In this document: piece after piece, positions 26,623 through 39,650 of the stretch | How the letters are laid out: the number at the start of each line of letters is the position of its first letter | How positions within the stretch are numbered: the stretch's first letter is position 1 | Assembly: GCF_006345805.1 (NCBI RefSeq) | Contig: NC_043009.1 | Location: 12,958,001 to 13,022,000 of the forward strand | Origin: Octopus sinensis | Lineage: Eukaryota | DNA length: 64,000 nucleotides | Direction of reading: 5' to 3' | Program-made: the position numbers and the translations under genes | Notes under the pieces: generated by a model | What the model was told of the DNA's origin: nothing | The model's input: the letters and a program-made list of their open reading frames with translations, nothing else | The model's database searches: none

Positions 26623-26935
26623 CAGAGTTTCGCGTCCCGTTAGTCGGACAGTTTCGTTTAGAATGGAACAAAAATAAGGTTATAAGCAAACAAGCGATTT
26701 TCGATTTAAGGTTTTCTTCGATTTTATAATTACAAGATTTTATATCGAAATTTGTTTATTGCATGCAACTGGTCATTGTAAAGACCATTAGTTGAAAGGA
26801 CCAATGAAACAAAACTATTTTCGAATGTGCGTTTATTAAACTAATTGTATATGTTTGCATGTAACCTTGTTTTTGTCCCATTCTAAACAAAACTGTCTGA
26901 TGAAGCGGAAAGTGAAACTCTGAGTAAACAGATTT
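26623..26935. mobile_element. Fold-back element (arms 26623-26691, 26852-26922); right arm carries a hammerhead motif (26889-26935, +)
   Basis: AAAACUGU-CUGAUGA-AGCGGAAAGU-GAAA-CUCUGAGUA-A-ACAGAUUU; left arm is a decayed reverse complement. Confidence 0.7.
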
Positions 26936-26959
26936 TGTGATATTTTCGCTGCTTTTTAA

Positions 26960-27037
<78 letters not shown>

Positions 27038-27119
27038 AAGCGAGAGAGATGTATATACATATGTATATATATAATATATATATATACATTCACACACACA
27101 CACGCGCGCATATATATAT

Positions 27120-27151
<32 letters not shown>

Positions 27152-27159
27152 CATATAAA

Positions 27160-27600
27160 CCCAGACGCTATTCGCTAAAAGAAGAGCATGACTGATCTCG
27201 ATTATTGGGAACGCCTTAAAGCATTGAAACTCTATTGTCCCCAGCGCCGCCATGAGCGATGGATCATTTGCACGATGTGAAGAACTTACCACCAACATTA
27301 CTCAAACGATCTCAACATTGACTTCAAAATTTATCCACGGCTAGGACCACGGGCCATACGTCCCCTACCCAATTCAGGATCACATCACAAATACTCTGCA
27401 ACACAATTTATTTTCCTCGTATTTAACATTGTCCCGAAACAGATCCAAGAGGAAAAGGATCCTATTACCTTTAAACGGAACCTGGACAAATTTACTTAAA
27501 GAATACCAGATAAGCCACCAATACTTGACTTAGAAAGGATTTAGATAATCCCATCAGGGGGTGCTATTAAGTTTGATATGGCTTGGACCAATCTTTGGTT
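27160..27600 (+). pseudogene. Old CR1/L2-group LINE 3' fragment
   Basis: DYWERLKALKLYCPQRRHERWII resembles the C-terminus of the LINE at 22467-22985. Confidence 0.7.
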
Positions 27601-27665
27601 GAAATATATCTAACTTGATCTACGTTTATATATGTATATACGTATACACACACACACACATACGC

Positions 27666-27698
<33 letters not shown>

Positions 27699-27799
27699 TA
27701 CACACACACATTTATATACGACGGATTTATTTCAGATTCTTTCTCCAAAATAATACTAGGATAAAAATATTTCGCGTGTTAATTCAAATAAGGTTTGAA

Positions 27800-27952
27800 T
27801 CTAATCGACTGGCTCTCTCCCGCAAAATTTCGAGCCTTGCGCCTAGTGTAGGAAAGAATATTTCTATCTGGCAGCGAGTTAGCAGAATCGTTAGCACGCT
27901 GGGCAAAATGCTTGCCTTTACGTTCTTAGTTCAAATTCCACCAAGGTCAACG
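27800..27952 (+). mobile_element. Two abutting family-A SINE fragments
   Basis: 3' piece CTAATCGACTGG...AAATTTCGAGCCTTG followed by head GCAGCGAGTTAGCAGAATCGTTAGCAC. Confidence 0.75.
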
Positions 27953-28597
27953 TATTAATGGGATTGAGGAATAACAGGCACATTTATATGACTACCCACT
28001 ATATAGCTATAATCCCTCTAGCTACTGTTGCACCATAGTTACACCCTCTCTGCCAGGAATTTGAACACGTAATCTGGTTTCAGCACAGCCTATTTAGAGC
28101 GTGAGAAGAGCCGAAGAACTTGCCTGAGGGGAGATTCTGAAGAGCTTCAGCAGTTTTGATCATTTGAGATTTTTATACTACTATCGATTGATAGATAGAT
28201 AGAACCGGTCAGTTGTCCATAAGTTAGAAAAAAAGTATGCCTTAAATGAAATTTTGAGCTGTTACATTTTATGTAGTTGGTCAGAAAGTTGCAATTAGTT
28301 TCATGCCTGCTATTGCACTTGGTAATATAAGCAATTCATTACTCTGTGTAATAAAATTTAATGAAGCGTTAATGGTTCCTGTCGTAGTTAATCACGGTAA
28401 CACTACGTATTTTTCTGTAAGTAACGTTTGTTAATATATATGTACGTTCATACTTTAGAGCCAATTGAAGTTTGTATATCGAATTAAATTGGGATGTGTT
28501 ACTTTAAGAAGACAAAGTGCAGACAATTTCAGGTAGGATGCACAAGTTGTTTGTGATCGTTAACAGTAAATAAATATATATATTGGAGTATATATAT

Positions 28598-28822
28598 GAG
28601 CTGGTAGAAACGTTAGCGCGCCGGGCGAAATGCTTTGCGGTATTTCGTCTGTCGTTACGTTCTGAGTTCAAATTCTGCCGAGGTCGACTTTGCCTTTCAT
28701 CCTTTCGGGGTCGATAAGTAGAGCACCAGTTTCGCACTGGGGTCGATGTAATCGACTTAATCCGTTTGTCTGTCCTTGTTTGTTCCCTCTATGTTTAGCC
28801 CCTTGTGGGTAGTAAAGAAATA
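28598..28822 (+). mobile_element. Family-A SINE, near full length
   Basis: Close match to the other family-A copies from head to AAAGAAATA tail. Confidence 0.9.
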
Positions 28823-28945
28823 TATATGAATAATTTAGAGAGAATGAAAGTGCGGTCGCCCTTTTGCGTAACCTGTGACAATGATTGACTTAGTGTTTTT
28901 ACTGTTTGGAAACCGGCCAAGCTGGGGTCCATCATTAAAGAATTA

Positions 28946-29511
28946 TTGGGTTATCCGGAAAGTTCGTGCCGATTTTCAAAGAAAGAAAAAAGGTCAATAA
29001 ATACTTGCTATTACATTTCTAATCAACCAAATATGAACCATTTTGTTGCACAATGCGTCTTCATCTTTCCTTTAACTTGAAAATACCCTCTTCCCAGAAT
29101 TGAGGGTATTTCATGGCAACGAATTCATCAAGGTATATTTTTATGACATCCAAAGAATTGAAATGTTTACCATTAAGACTATTCTGCAGAGACCTGAATA
29201 AGTGGAAATCCGAAGGAGCAATATCTGGTGAATATGGAGGGTGGAGTAACACATCCCAGCCGAGCTGCAGCAATTTTTGTCTGGTTCCCAAAGCATCAAG
29301 TGCCGAAAATGAACTTTCTTATCTTCCATTTTAAAGGGTTACAGAATTAACACAGGTTATAGGAACATAAACCTTCTTCCACGAAAATATAGCTTAAACT
29401 GTGCTCTAAATGGGAGTGTAGTCAAATCCTATTTTATGGACTCAACAATGTTCTAAAATAAGTCGAAGTGTAAGCTACTATAAATCGGCACGAACTTTCC
29501 GGACAACCCAA
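28946..29511 (-). mobile_element. Internally deleted mariner (DD34D) element with intact TIRs and TA TSD
   Basis: TA|TTGGGTTATCCGGAAAGTTCGTGCCGATTT ... AAATCGGCACGAACTTTCCGGACAACCCAA|TA; HPPYSPDIAPSDFHLFRSLQNSL. Confidence 0.93.
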
Positions 29512-30303
29512 TATAATCGATTATCTATGTATCAGTATTTCTTGTGTAGTAGTTGTTTCTTCTAATTAGGGTAACTGAAATAACAAAGTATATCAGATTT
29601 ATCACATATTTAAGCTGCACTGACCGCAACAGACGGGGATGCAGATAATTTTAATGAAATAAATTTCTTAATTTTTGTTAATCTTTATCCACAAATCAGC
29701 CTTGACTATGCAGACAAATGATTAAAATCTTTCAAATTTTGACTATCTATTCTGTGTTTATCTAATAAGAAATAAAATGTAACTTGAAGCAAATTTGTTG
29801 ACTATTTCTAACACGCCAATCCACTACCGACCATTTGGACACATTCACTTTGTCTTGTAATTCAATAAGCATGTTGTTAGCTGTTTATGGAGTGAATGTC
29901 TTCTCATGTCTTCTCATGTCGATATCATTCAACGGTTTTGAGGAAATATGTTTTTATAGAAATATTTCTGATGAGAATTTCAAAACAAAGTTTATAACGT
30001 TTTTTTCTTTAACATCTCCGTGCTACAAATACAGTTTGTAACATACTGGTTCTGTAGAAAGGATTTTATAGCCATTGTAATAATTTGTATCAGTATAGTT
30101 GTTGTCAGCATTTTACATATTTATTCCTGACTTCATTCATTTCCCTTTTCCTACTTGTCTTCGTCTAGTTATTGATATTTTTTCGTAAAATCATTTTTCT
30201 ATTGATTCTGAATTTGTTTAGCAAGAATTTCGTATATTTTTTTCATGCTATCGTTGTATTTTCAGAGTAGGATAGCGACACAGTCAAATACATGACGCAC
30301 AAG

Positions 30304-30349
<46 letters not shown>

Positions 30350-31084
30350 ACACACAACACACACACACACACACACACACACCTTTGTGTGTATGTATAT
30401 TTGTATATATGCACACAGAAATATGTACATACATATATATATGCTTACACACAAATAGCTATATGTGCATCTATTTGTTATATGTATATGCATGCTTATA
30501 TATATGTGTGTATGTATACATGTGTATATATATATATTTGTCCCTCTCTCTCTAGATATATATATATATATATATATTACATACATTCATACATATATAT
30601 ATATGTATATATATTACATATGTATATATATATATAAGTATGCATATATATATATATATATATAATATATAATATATATTCACACACACACATATCTATG
30701 TATATTTTTCTTTGTCTGTGTATGTGAAGTCACATATGTAGTTTACAGAGAGAAACATTTCGGAAATACGTGGCCAGGCTTCTTACCTCCTCACAGCATT
30801 GTGGTTTCTGATAGCGTCATAAACGCCATTCAATTTCTTACGGTTCAGATGTCTTCCGGTTGGCCAACAACTGATACACTCGGTCTCATTGAGACTTGAT
30901 TTTTTAAAAAATATTCTTCACTGTATGACGCACACTACAGTGTTAGAAAACAGTTATCTAGACTACGTGGAAACTGCTGAATAATATTTGTAAAATTAAA
31001 TTAGATTCACAAATTCACATGTTCGTTAGCTGTTTAGTTTTTATCATCTGTTCATATGACAAATTTATGCATGAGCAAACGCCA

Positions 31085-31229
31085 CCCTATATATGTATGT
31101 GTATATATATATATATATACACAATATAAATGTATATATATTATATATATATATATATATATAATTATTTCTATACACATATATATAAAAATAATATTGC
31201 ATATATACACACATACTGTACATACCTAC

Positions 31230-31262
<33 letters not shown>

Positions 31263-31307
31263 GATATATATATATATAGCAATATATATATATATATTAT
31301 ATATGCA

Positions 31308-31342
<35 letters not shown>

Positions 31343-31347
31343 ATATA

Positions 31348-31393
<46 letters not shown>

Positions 31394-31401
31394 TATATCT
31401 A

Positions 31402-31438
<37 letters not shown>

Positions 31439-31475
31439 ATATACATATATATATGTATATATATATATGCATATA
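31085..31475. repeat. Imperfect (TA)n microsatellite
   Basis: Directly visible. Confidence 0.95.
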
Positions 31476-32063
31476 TGGGTAGAGGAGGTAAAAAAAATCG
31501 TGAACAAAGCATGGAAAACGTACATTTTTTCCGGACAACGAAAGAAACAAATAGAGAAACGAGACAGGCAACATAAAGAACATTCCCTTCATGAGTTGTA
31601 CCCTGCTTTATCTACTTATAGAAACACACGTTCAAATACACGTACATGAATACATGCATATATATGAGCGTATGTATGTGTATATATTCATGTACATGCA
31701 CACATATATGCTAATGCTCACGTATGTTGAACTACGACTATGTTCTAATGTAATCTTTTTGTTCGTTTGGAACAATGAAAATTGCAAAATGTATCTTTAT
31801 CAACGTCTCGCTTACTCATCTCAAATATATGGAGTGTTTTTCTGTACTGTCCTATTCATAATATACAGCGTATGCTTATACACACTTTCCCACAAAGATT
31901 TGACCCTAAGAGCTTTGACCGATTTGTATTTATAATCTGTGTATGTTGTATGTTAATTGTTGCGTTGCGATAACAGCACTGCTTTCTCTAATCAATTGTT
32001 TCTGTCTGCGAGGAGTTCCTTAAACTATGAACATTTTTCTTGTTAATAATTCTATCTAGCTTA

Positions 32064-33120
32064 AGGCGGTGAGTTGGCAGAATCGTTAGCACGCCGAGCT
32101 AGATGCTTAACCGCATTTTGTCTCTCTTTATGTTCTGATTTCAAATTCCGCTGATGTCGACTTTGCCTTTCACCCTTTCGGGGTTGATAAATTAAGAACC
32201 AGTTGCGTACTGGCGTCGATCTAATCGACTGGCCCTCTCCCCCCAAATTTCGAGCCTTGTGCCTAGAGTAGAAAAGAATATTTCTATCTAGCTTTAGGCG
32301 GCGAGTTAGCAGAATCGTTAGCACGCTGGGCAAAATGCTTAGCGGTATTTCGTCTGTCCTTATGTTCTAAGTTCAAGTTCCATCAAAGTTGTCCTTGCCT
32401 TTCATCCCATTCGGGGTCTATGACATAAGTACTAGTTGAGCACTTGGGTCAATGCAATCGACCTAACGCCAAAATTGCAGGCCTTGTGCCAAAATTTGAG
32501 ATCAATATTTATCTGTAGTTTAGGGCGGCGAGCTGGCTGAATCGTTACCACGTCGGGCGAAATGCTTAGCGGTATTTCGTCTGCCGCAACGTTCTGAGTT
32601 CAAATCCCGCCGGGGTCGACTTTGCCTTTCATCCTTTCGGGGTCGATAAATTAAGTACCAGTTACGCACTGGGGTCGATGTAATCGACTTAATACCTATG
32701 TATGTCCTTGTTTGTCCGCTCTGTGTTTAGCCCCTTGTGGGTAATAATGAAATAGGTATTTCGTCTGCCGCTACGTTCTGAGTTCAAATCCCGCCGGGGT
32801 CGGCTTTGCCTTTCATCCTTTCAGGGTCGATAAATTAAGTACCAGTTACGCACTGGGGTCGATGTAATCGACTTAATCTCTTTGTGCTTGTTTCTCCTCT
32901 CTATGTTTAGCCCCTTGTGGGCAATAAAGAAATATGAATCGTTATCACGCCGGGCAGCATGGCTAGCGGCATTCCGTCCGTCTTTACGCTCTGGGTTCAA
33001 ATTCCACAAAGGTCAACTTTGCTTTCGTCCTTTCGGTATTCGATAAAATACGTATCTGTTGAGCACTGAGGTAATCGACTGACCCCATCCAATCAAATTG
33101 CCGGCCTTGAATCAAAATTT
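32064..33120 (+). mobile_element. Head-to-tail cluster of five family-A SINEs
   Basis: Copies at ~32064-32280, 32296-32505, 32523-32753, 32755-32933 and 32936-33120; TSD TTCTATCTAGCTT at 32050-32062 and 32282-32294. Confidence 0.92.
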
Positions 33121-33756
33121 GTCTTTCTGTTCTTCTGATATTTCACTTAAGTCACCAGTGTCAATACTTGCTTTGTTTTACACCATTTGCTAAACAAATA
33201 TCTTATTTTTAATGCTATTCTAATCGCTATTAATACTCTATTAATAATATTATTTTAATGAGTATTAATATTTCAATAATTCAATAATTCAATTAATGCT
33301 ACTATTGTAATCACTGTTAATACTATTGGCATTTATGTTAGTCTTGAAGTAGCTATTGCTATTGATAATGCTTTTATGGTTTTGGCTACTAATAGCGATG
33401 CTATTAACGTCGTCCATTATTAACACTAGGAACACCACTACAGCTACCCCAATCTACACCATCACTATCGTTAAGAGATTTACTCTCAGAATATGATTAA
33501 TCTTTCTTATCTATATTAAATAGATAATCAGTATCTGCTAGCAACCGTCGAGGACGTCACTACCATTATCTGTATCAATTTTACTATAAGGGTATCATAG
33601 ACAATAATAGACGATATCAGTATTTAGAGACAAATGTTGTCAATAAAATCCAGGTGGAAACCGTTCTTGATAAATTTGCAAACGCAAGTACAGATAGTAT
33701 CCTTGTATCTTTCTTGTAAACACGTAAGCTCTAAATATATATTTCCAACTTCATAT

Positions 33757-33765
33757 ATCTATCTG

Positions 33766-33845
<80 letters not shown>

Positions 33846-33854
33846 ACTATCTAA

Positions 33855-33924
<70 letters not shown>

Positions 33925-33977
33925 GTCTGTCTGTCTGTCCGTCCGTCTGTCTGTCTGTCTGTCTGTGTGTTTGTCTG

Positions 33978-34070
<93 letters not shown>

Positions 34071-34128
34071 TTGTCTGTCTGTCTGTCCGTCAATCCGTCC
34101 GTCCATCTATCTATCGATCTCTCTCTCT

Positions 34129-34164
<36 letters not shown>

Positions 34165-34178
34165 CTATCCATCCATTC

Positions 34179-34254
<76 letters not shown>

Positions 34255-34272
34255 GTCTGCCTGTCTGTCTAT

Positions 34273-34353
<81 letters not shown>

Positions 34354-34385
34354 TATCGATCTATCGATCAATCTATCTATCAATC
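33757..34385. repeat. (TATC)n/(TGTC)n/(AATC)n microsatellite
   Basis: Directly visible; source of the YLSI-repeat ORFs. Confidence 0.97.
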
Positions 34386-35799
34386 TCTTCACACACATAC
34401 AGAAGGAAGTAGAGATTGTTATGAGCAGCTAGTTGATAATACTGAATATTTATTTGTTATAACTTGCTTAGCACTTGGAGTTGATTTTCTAATTAGATTT
34501 ACGTTACTCTTGATACTGATCTGTTATTGAAATCAATAAATATATAATATATAAATATATAAACTTCAACTCTCATGTCTTATATTGAATTCTATACTTG
34601 AATGTAGTACACTATGATTAGACCAATATCAACGGAGATAATATTAAGAACATATACATAAATACAGGCATACATATAAACAAAAATTGTTGCTGCTCCC
34701 GTAAAAGACGCGTGGCTCCTCTCCGAAACGATGCTAAGTCAATATTTTATAGAAGACACTCGCTTGACCATTTTTTTTGCAAGTCTTCCTTCACTGCACT
34801 CCTTGTGTATAAGAATGAATAAACAAACTATTGGCTGATGTGGTGTGTGCTGTGAATACATATTGTCTAAAGAGGGCAGGTGCTCTCCGATGATGGAAAA
34901 CAACATGAAATATAAAATAAAAAGATAATAATGTTAATAGCAAATAGAAATAAAAACTCTTCGAGCAAAAGCAAAGATAATGTGACAATTATTTTGGGTT
35001 ATGCAAAGAAATATTTGTTTTAAGTTCAAGATGACACCCATTATGTTTGTGAAGTATTCTGTAGTAGGTTTTTGCGCTTGGAATAGATGTTGCGCACCAC
35101 TTGATGCTATTGTTTCAAGAAGCACTGATTTTGATGCCTACATTTTAAGAGAATCTCAGACTTTTATTTATAAGAATAAATAGTCAGTCACATATTATAT
35201 TGATATATATTTGTGGAGAACAAGGCAAAAATCACAGTAGCTAAAACATGTAAAGCGTAGATAATTTTACTATTATTTACTTGAAAGTTTTAGTTTTGAA
35301 GGTTCAATTGTTCTTTTAAGTTTACATATCTGTCACCAGAGGCGTACAGCTATTCTTTGTCTCACCAGAGAGTTTGAATCTTTTCTTATTCATAGCGATA
35401 CATACTAAAAAATTATAGGTAGTCGAAGAATTGTTGTACATTTATTTTGATGAGAGTTTGTTATCCCAAAATGCATGTAAGAGAATTCCAAATCTTTTTC
35501 CTGTTTATTTTAGTGAGCATCATAATATTTTCATATAATTTTAATCGGTACACCTAAGGCTTGAAATAAATAACTATAGAATGAGCTTCATTATTCATCA
35601 TTCCATTTCTTATAAATTGTAAAACGAGAGGATGGTACGTCTGAGATACATATAATCTAAGTATCTAAGTACATATACGTTGGATGGAAAGAGACTGCGC
35701 GGCACTGGGATACTTGATAATTTCTTCATATACATTTTCATTCAGTACATCACAGTATCTTTAGTTATCAGGAAAATATCCCCTACCAAAAGACAAGTT

Positions 35800-36030
35800 T
35801 AACATAGTCGAGATATTTCCAGTAGAAGTCTGTGTCGAGCTCTACACTGGCGTTCCACAAGGAACTTTACCGAGACTACTACTGTTTGTGGTTGCTCTCT
35901 CAGACTTGCTCTCAGCCATACAGTCAGTCATTTTCACCTGTTACGCTGATGATACAAACGTGTCACGCCACAGACAGTCAAGGACCCTGAAGACAAACTA
36001 AAATTGCAAAACGACCTACAAGCACCTATA
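35800..36030 (+). pseudogene. LINE RT core fragment
   Basis: GVPQGTLPRLLLFVVALSDL...CYADDTNVS, homologous to 23370-23470 on the minus strand. Confidence 0.75.
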
Positions 36031-36140
36031 TTATTGTTGTTATTATTATCAATTACTTATCTTTGCCACAGAAGATAATAACAATAATAATATCAATATA
36101 AATATTCACATTTGACTATTTACTCCTTATTTATATATAT

Positions 36141-36268
36141 AATTATAATTTAGGGTATTTAAGATATACCTCCACGCTAGAAATAGCATCCTATACTTGA
36201 CTATAAAACAACATTTGGCTGCTATTTCCAGCGTGGAGGCATCTCTTAGATCCCCTAAATTATAATTT
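36141..36268. repeat. Small hairpin/MITE-like inverted repeat (~48-bp arms)
   Basis: AATTATAATTTAGGG...CCTCCACGCTAGAAATAGCA versus TGCTATTTCCAGCGTGGAGG...CCCTAAATTATAATT. Confidence 0.8.
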
Positions 36269-36457
36269 TAAAGATAATTATTACTTTTGAAGGTTTTTAT
36301 TCCCATGCTGGCCACTTGATAAGATCGATATTTAATTTAAATTAACGATCTTATCCTTATATATATGTATATATATATATATTATATATATATATATATA
36401 TATTATACACACTTATATTTTCTTTTTGTAACATATTTCTACTATATATATATATAA

Positions 36458-36502
<45 letters not shown>

Positions 36503-36586
36503 TTAGAGACAAAACCACTATTTTGCAAAACAAACAAGGAAGACTTAATCAATATATAAAATTTTAATAAAAAGTCAAAAAAACCG

Positions 36587-36629
36587 CCACTACAATTGTT
36601 TCTTGTCTTGATCGACAATCTTCAGGTGG
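36587..36629 (-). ncRNA. Mirror-image hammerhead ribozyme on the minus strand
   Basis: Exact reverse complement of 36676-36718. Confidence 0.85.
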
Positions 36630-36675
36630 ACTTCCAATAAGTCAGTTTCATAATTTGAAACTGACTTATGGAAGT

Positions 36676-36718
36676 CCACCTGAAGATTGTCGATCAAGAC
36701 AAGAAACAATTGTAGTGG
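36676..36718 (+). ncRNA. Minimal type I hammerhead ribozyme (GUA site)
   Basis: CCAC-CUGAAGA-UUGUC(GAUCAA)GACAA-GAAA-CAAUUG-UA-GUGG; all core nucleotides present; palindromic stem III ACAAUUGU. Confidence 0.85.
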
Positions 36719-36891
36719 CGGTTTTTTTGACTATTTATTAAAATTTTATGTATTGATTAAGTCTTTCCTTGTTTGTTTTGCAAAATAGTGGTTTTGTCTC
36801 TAATAATATTATATAATATTTTACTATAAAATTGGATTTAATCCTAAATCTGATTTTTTTTCCCTGTAAATTTGGATTTATTCCCTAATAT

Positions 36892-36970
<79 letters not shown>

Positions 36971-37029
36971 CATCTATATATGCACATACATACATACACA
37001 CATCTATCTATCTATCATTCTATATAGGG

Positions 37030-37157
37030 AGAATTCCCCCAAAAACAAAATACGAAGACAGTGGTGTAGAAAACAAACAGATGTATTAGTATTACGCTCG
37101 AGAATTGAAAAAGTCTTAACGTTTCGAGCCTACGCTCTTCCACAGACAGGAACATAG

Positions 37158-37165
<8 letters not shown>
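37030..37165 (-). mobile_element. Short repeat with a hammerhead-like variant motif (37113-37150)
   Basis: Minus strand GUCU-GUGGAA-GAGC(GUAG)GCUC-GAAACGUUA-AGAC; related GAAGAGC...GAGCGT..AATAC piece at 62118-62305. Confidence 0.5.
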
Positions 37166-37197
<32 letters not shown>

Positions 37198-37489
37198 CAT
37201 ACACACATTTATCTATCTATTTATATAAAAGTGGATTCTGGATCTTGTCGCCGCCTACACCGATTCTAAGCTGCAATCTCTCTCAAGTTGTTAGCTCCTT
37301 TGTGCTCATAGACAAGAAAATGCCAAATCCCTCAAACGAGGACGTATGGTCAATGCTGAAGAAAAGCACCCTCAGCATCGGACGTCTTAAGACCAGATGA
37401 CAAGGAGGCAAGGGCAGAGCATATGGAACAGGGATCCCGATAATCACGGCATGTAATTACTCACATAATGTTGCTTTCTAGTTTTCCGG

Positions 37490-37600
37490 ATTTGAATGCT
37501 AAGGATTGCTTCGTCTGTGGCGTCGGAGAAGAAACGTGACTGGCCCATGATCTCGAGCTTCCTCACAATATTTGGAAACAGCAGTCGCAGGACTGGTGGG
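37490..37600 (+). pseudogene. Possible LINE C-terminal zinc-knuckle relic
   Basis: DCFVCGVGEET*LAHDL resembles CxxC...ET..H. Confidence 0.3.
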
Positions 37601-38055
37601 CAGCAAATAGGCATTTTCGTGCCTACATCTAAGACGTCACTGAGATTGACAGTTTTGTCGAATGGCTGTTATTTATTGGAAACTATCTAGTTGAAACATT
37701 ACTTCTGGGAGTTTGTGATTTTTTTCTGTCAATATGGTGCCTGTGATTCCCTTATTGTTTGTTAGGTTGTGTAGTCTATTGTATGCTGAATACATTTATA
37801 TATATAAGTCAGTTGATGGGCTCAACTACCTCAAATGTTCTTAAAATTTAAATCCACATCGTTATCTATATATCTACCCTCTCTATAATGTTGCCATTTG
37901 ATATGAACGTTTTTGTATTAATGGAAAACCTCTATAATTGGCTGATGAGTGCTCAGCATTTTAAAACTGTTGTAATACTTACAGCATTTAATAAAATGAT
38001 ATAGTACGAAACGATCGTACCAAATTACTGGAGTCATTCTTGTTGCTTATTTTGA

Positions 38056-38139
<84 letters not shown>

Positions 38140-39314
38140 TGACATACATATATATACACACGCAAGCACGTATACACATTAAATAATCATAAAACAAAGA
38201 GATGATTAAACATTGTCGAACTGTTCCTATGCGTGGAAGTAATACTGACTTATTTAATGCTGAATGCACCGAATTCAAATCTTTCATAAGAACAGTAAGA
38301 AAATATATGACAACTTAAATCTCATTGAATAAGAACTGAAATAACTATATGAGCGGAGCTAAACATTAAAATACTGGGAAAAATTTTTCTGCAAATAAAT
38401 GATTTGCTCTTTACATTTCAAACCATTACTTGTTTATTACACACACATAAATATATTCTTCCTTATTACTGAAGAGAAATTGTAGTTCTGGCTTAACATT
38501 TGGCTACTTTACATTTAGTATCGTATGAACAGTTTCCTGACTAGAATTGACAGTTATTGCATTTTCTGTTAAAATTCTTTAGAACTTCCAGGAACAATGA
38601 TGGATTCAAAGGCTCATATTTCTCTTTTTCTAAGAATGGCTTTTGTAATACAAAAGAATCATCTAATTCTAATCGAATAGAAATTATAACTTTTTAGCTA
38701 CGATTACATTTATTAAACCGAAACGTTTTCTCCGGGATGATCAACGAATTCCGTATATATTTCAAGGAAATAAAGTACCAGTTTGTATTACATGAAATAA
38801 TTAAGCTTTTATACACTGCGTTATCCCAATCTCTTCTCTGTCTCAATGTGCTGAATAAACCACTACTTTCTAATTGCTTCGAAGACATTGCATTCTAACA
38901 GGCAGTTAGACTAACTTCATAAACAAATACTTCAAATATATTCTCACCCTATATAAATTGATCGCAACTTTGATTAATACCCAAGTTTGGGCTGCCCATC
39001 AGAAGAATGAGAAGGAAATGTGATCCGGAAGTCTTTATTGCACCGACACCATCAACATCATTACTAATATAATCAGCAGCAATTATAGATTTTTTCTTTC
39101 GCTTTGACGTTATTTCGTGTTAATTTAATTATTCCTTACAATCGATTTCTTCCTCTCCCCATTCCAAAGACACCGAAGCACTACACACTAGAGAATTTTT
39201 AGTATATACAGAGACCCATGTACACACTGTTTCAGATAAATAAACGTATACAAAGAAATGTTTCAATACATTCTCACATGCGAACATCTTGATTTCAGAA
39301 ATATAAATCTATAT

Positions 39315-39650
39315 GTGATGGAGACTGACTATGTGGTTAGGATATTAGGCTTAAGATCGCAAGGTACTGAGTTCAATACTCGGTGACTCGTTGTATCATT
39401 GAGCAAGACACGTTATTTCGTGTTGCCCCAGTCCACTCAGCCGGCAAAAATGAGTAGTACCTGTATTTCAGAGGGCCAGCTTCATCACATTCTGTGTCGC
39501 ACTGAATTTCTCTGAGAAATACGTCAAGGGTACACATGTCAGTGGAGTGTACTGCTGCTTACACATTAATTTTACAGGTAGGCTGTCCTGTTCAGCGGGT
39601 GAACTGGAAAGCTCGTCGTCGTAACCGACAGAGTTCTAGAAAGAAAGAAA
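39315..39650 (+). mobile_element. Diverged tRNA-derived SINE, family D
   Basis: GAGTTCAATACT B-box-like motif; GAGCAAGACACGTTATTTC...AAAATGAGT central motif shared with 21475-21809; (GAAA)n tail. Confidence 0.75.

Larger units (their letters stand above)
36493..36900 (+). mobile_element. Palindromic PLE-type terminal element: ~160-bp arms (36493-36814) plus ~85-bp 3' extension
   Basis: Arms nearly perfectly complementary about ~36653; homologous copy at 61290-61700; flanked by (TA)n. PLE origin is inferred. Confidence 0.85.

Noticed and set aside
29960-29995. CTGATGA-GAATTTC-AAAAC
   Set aside because: G12 is missing and there is no stem I.
32064-33120. Regularly repeated units that could suggest a CRISPR array or tRNA gene cluster
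   Set aside because: The units are ~200-bp SINEs with TSDs and diverged bodies; there is no cloverleaf, no repeat-spacer structure and no cas genes, and the context is eukaryotic.
37940-37980. CTGATGA-GTGCTCAGCAT-TTTAAAAC
   Set aside because: No GAAA in register and no stem I or stem III.
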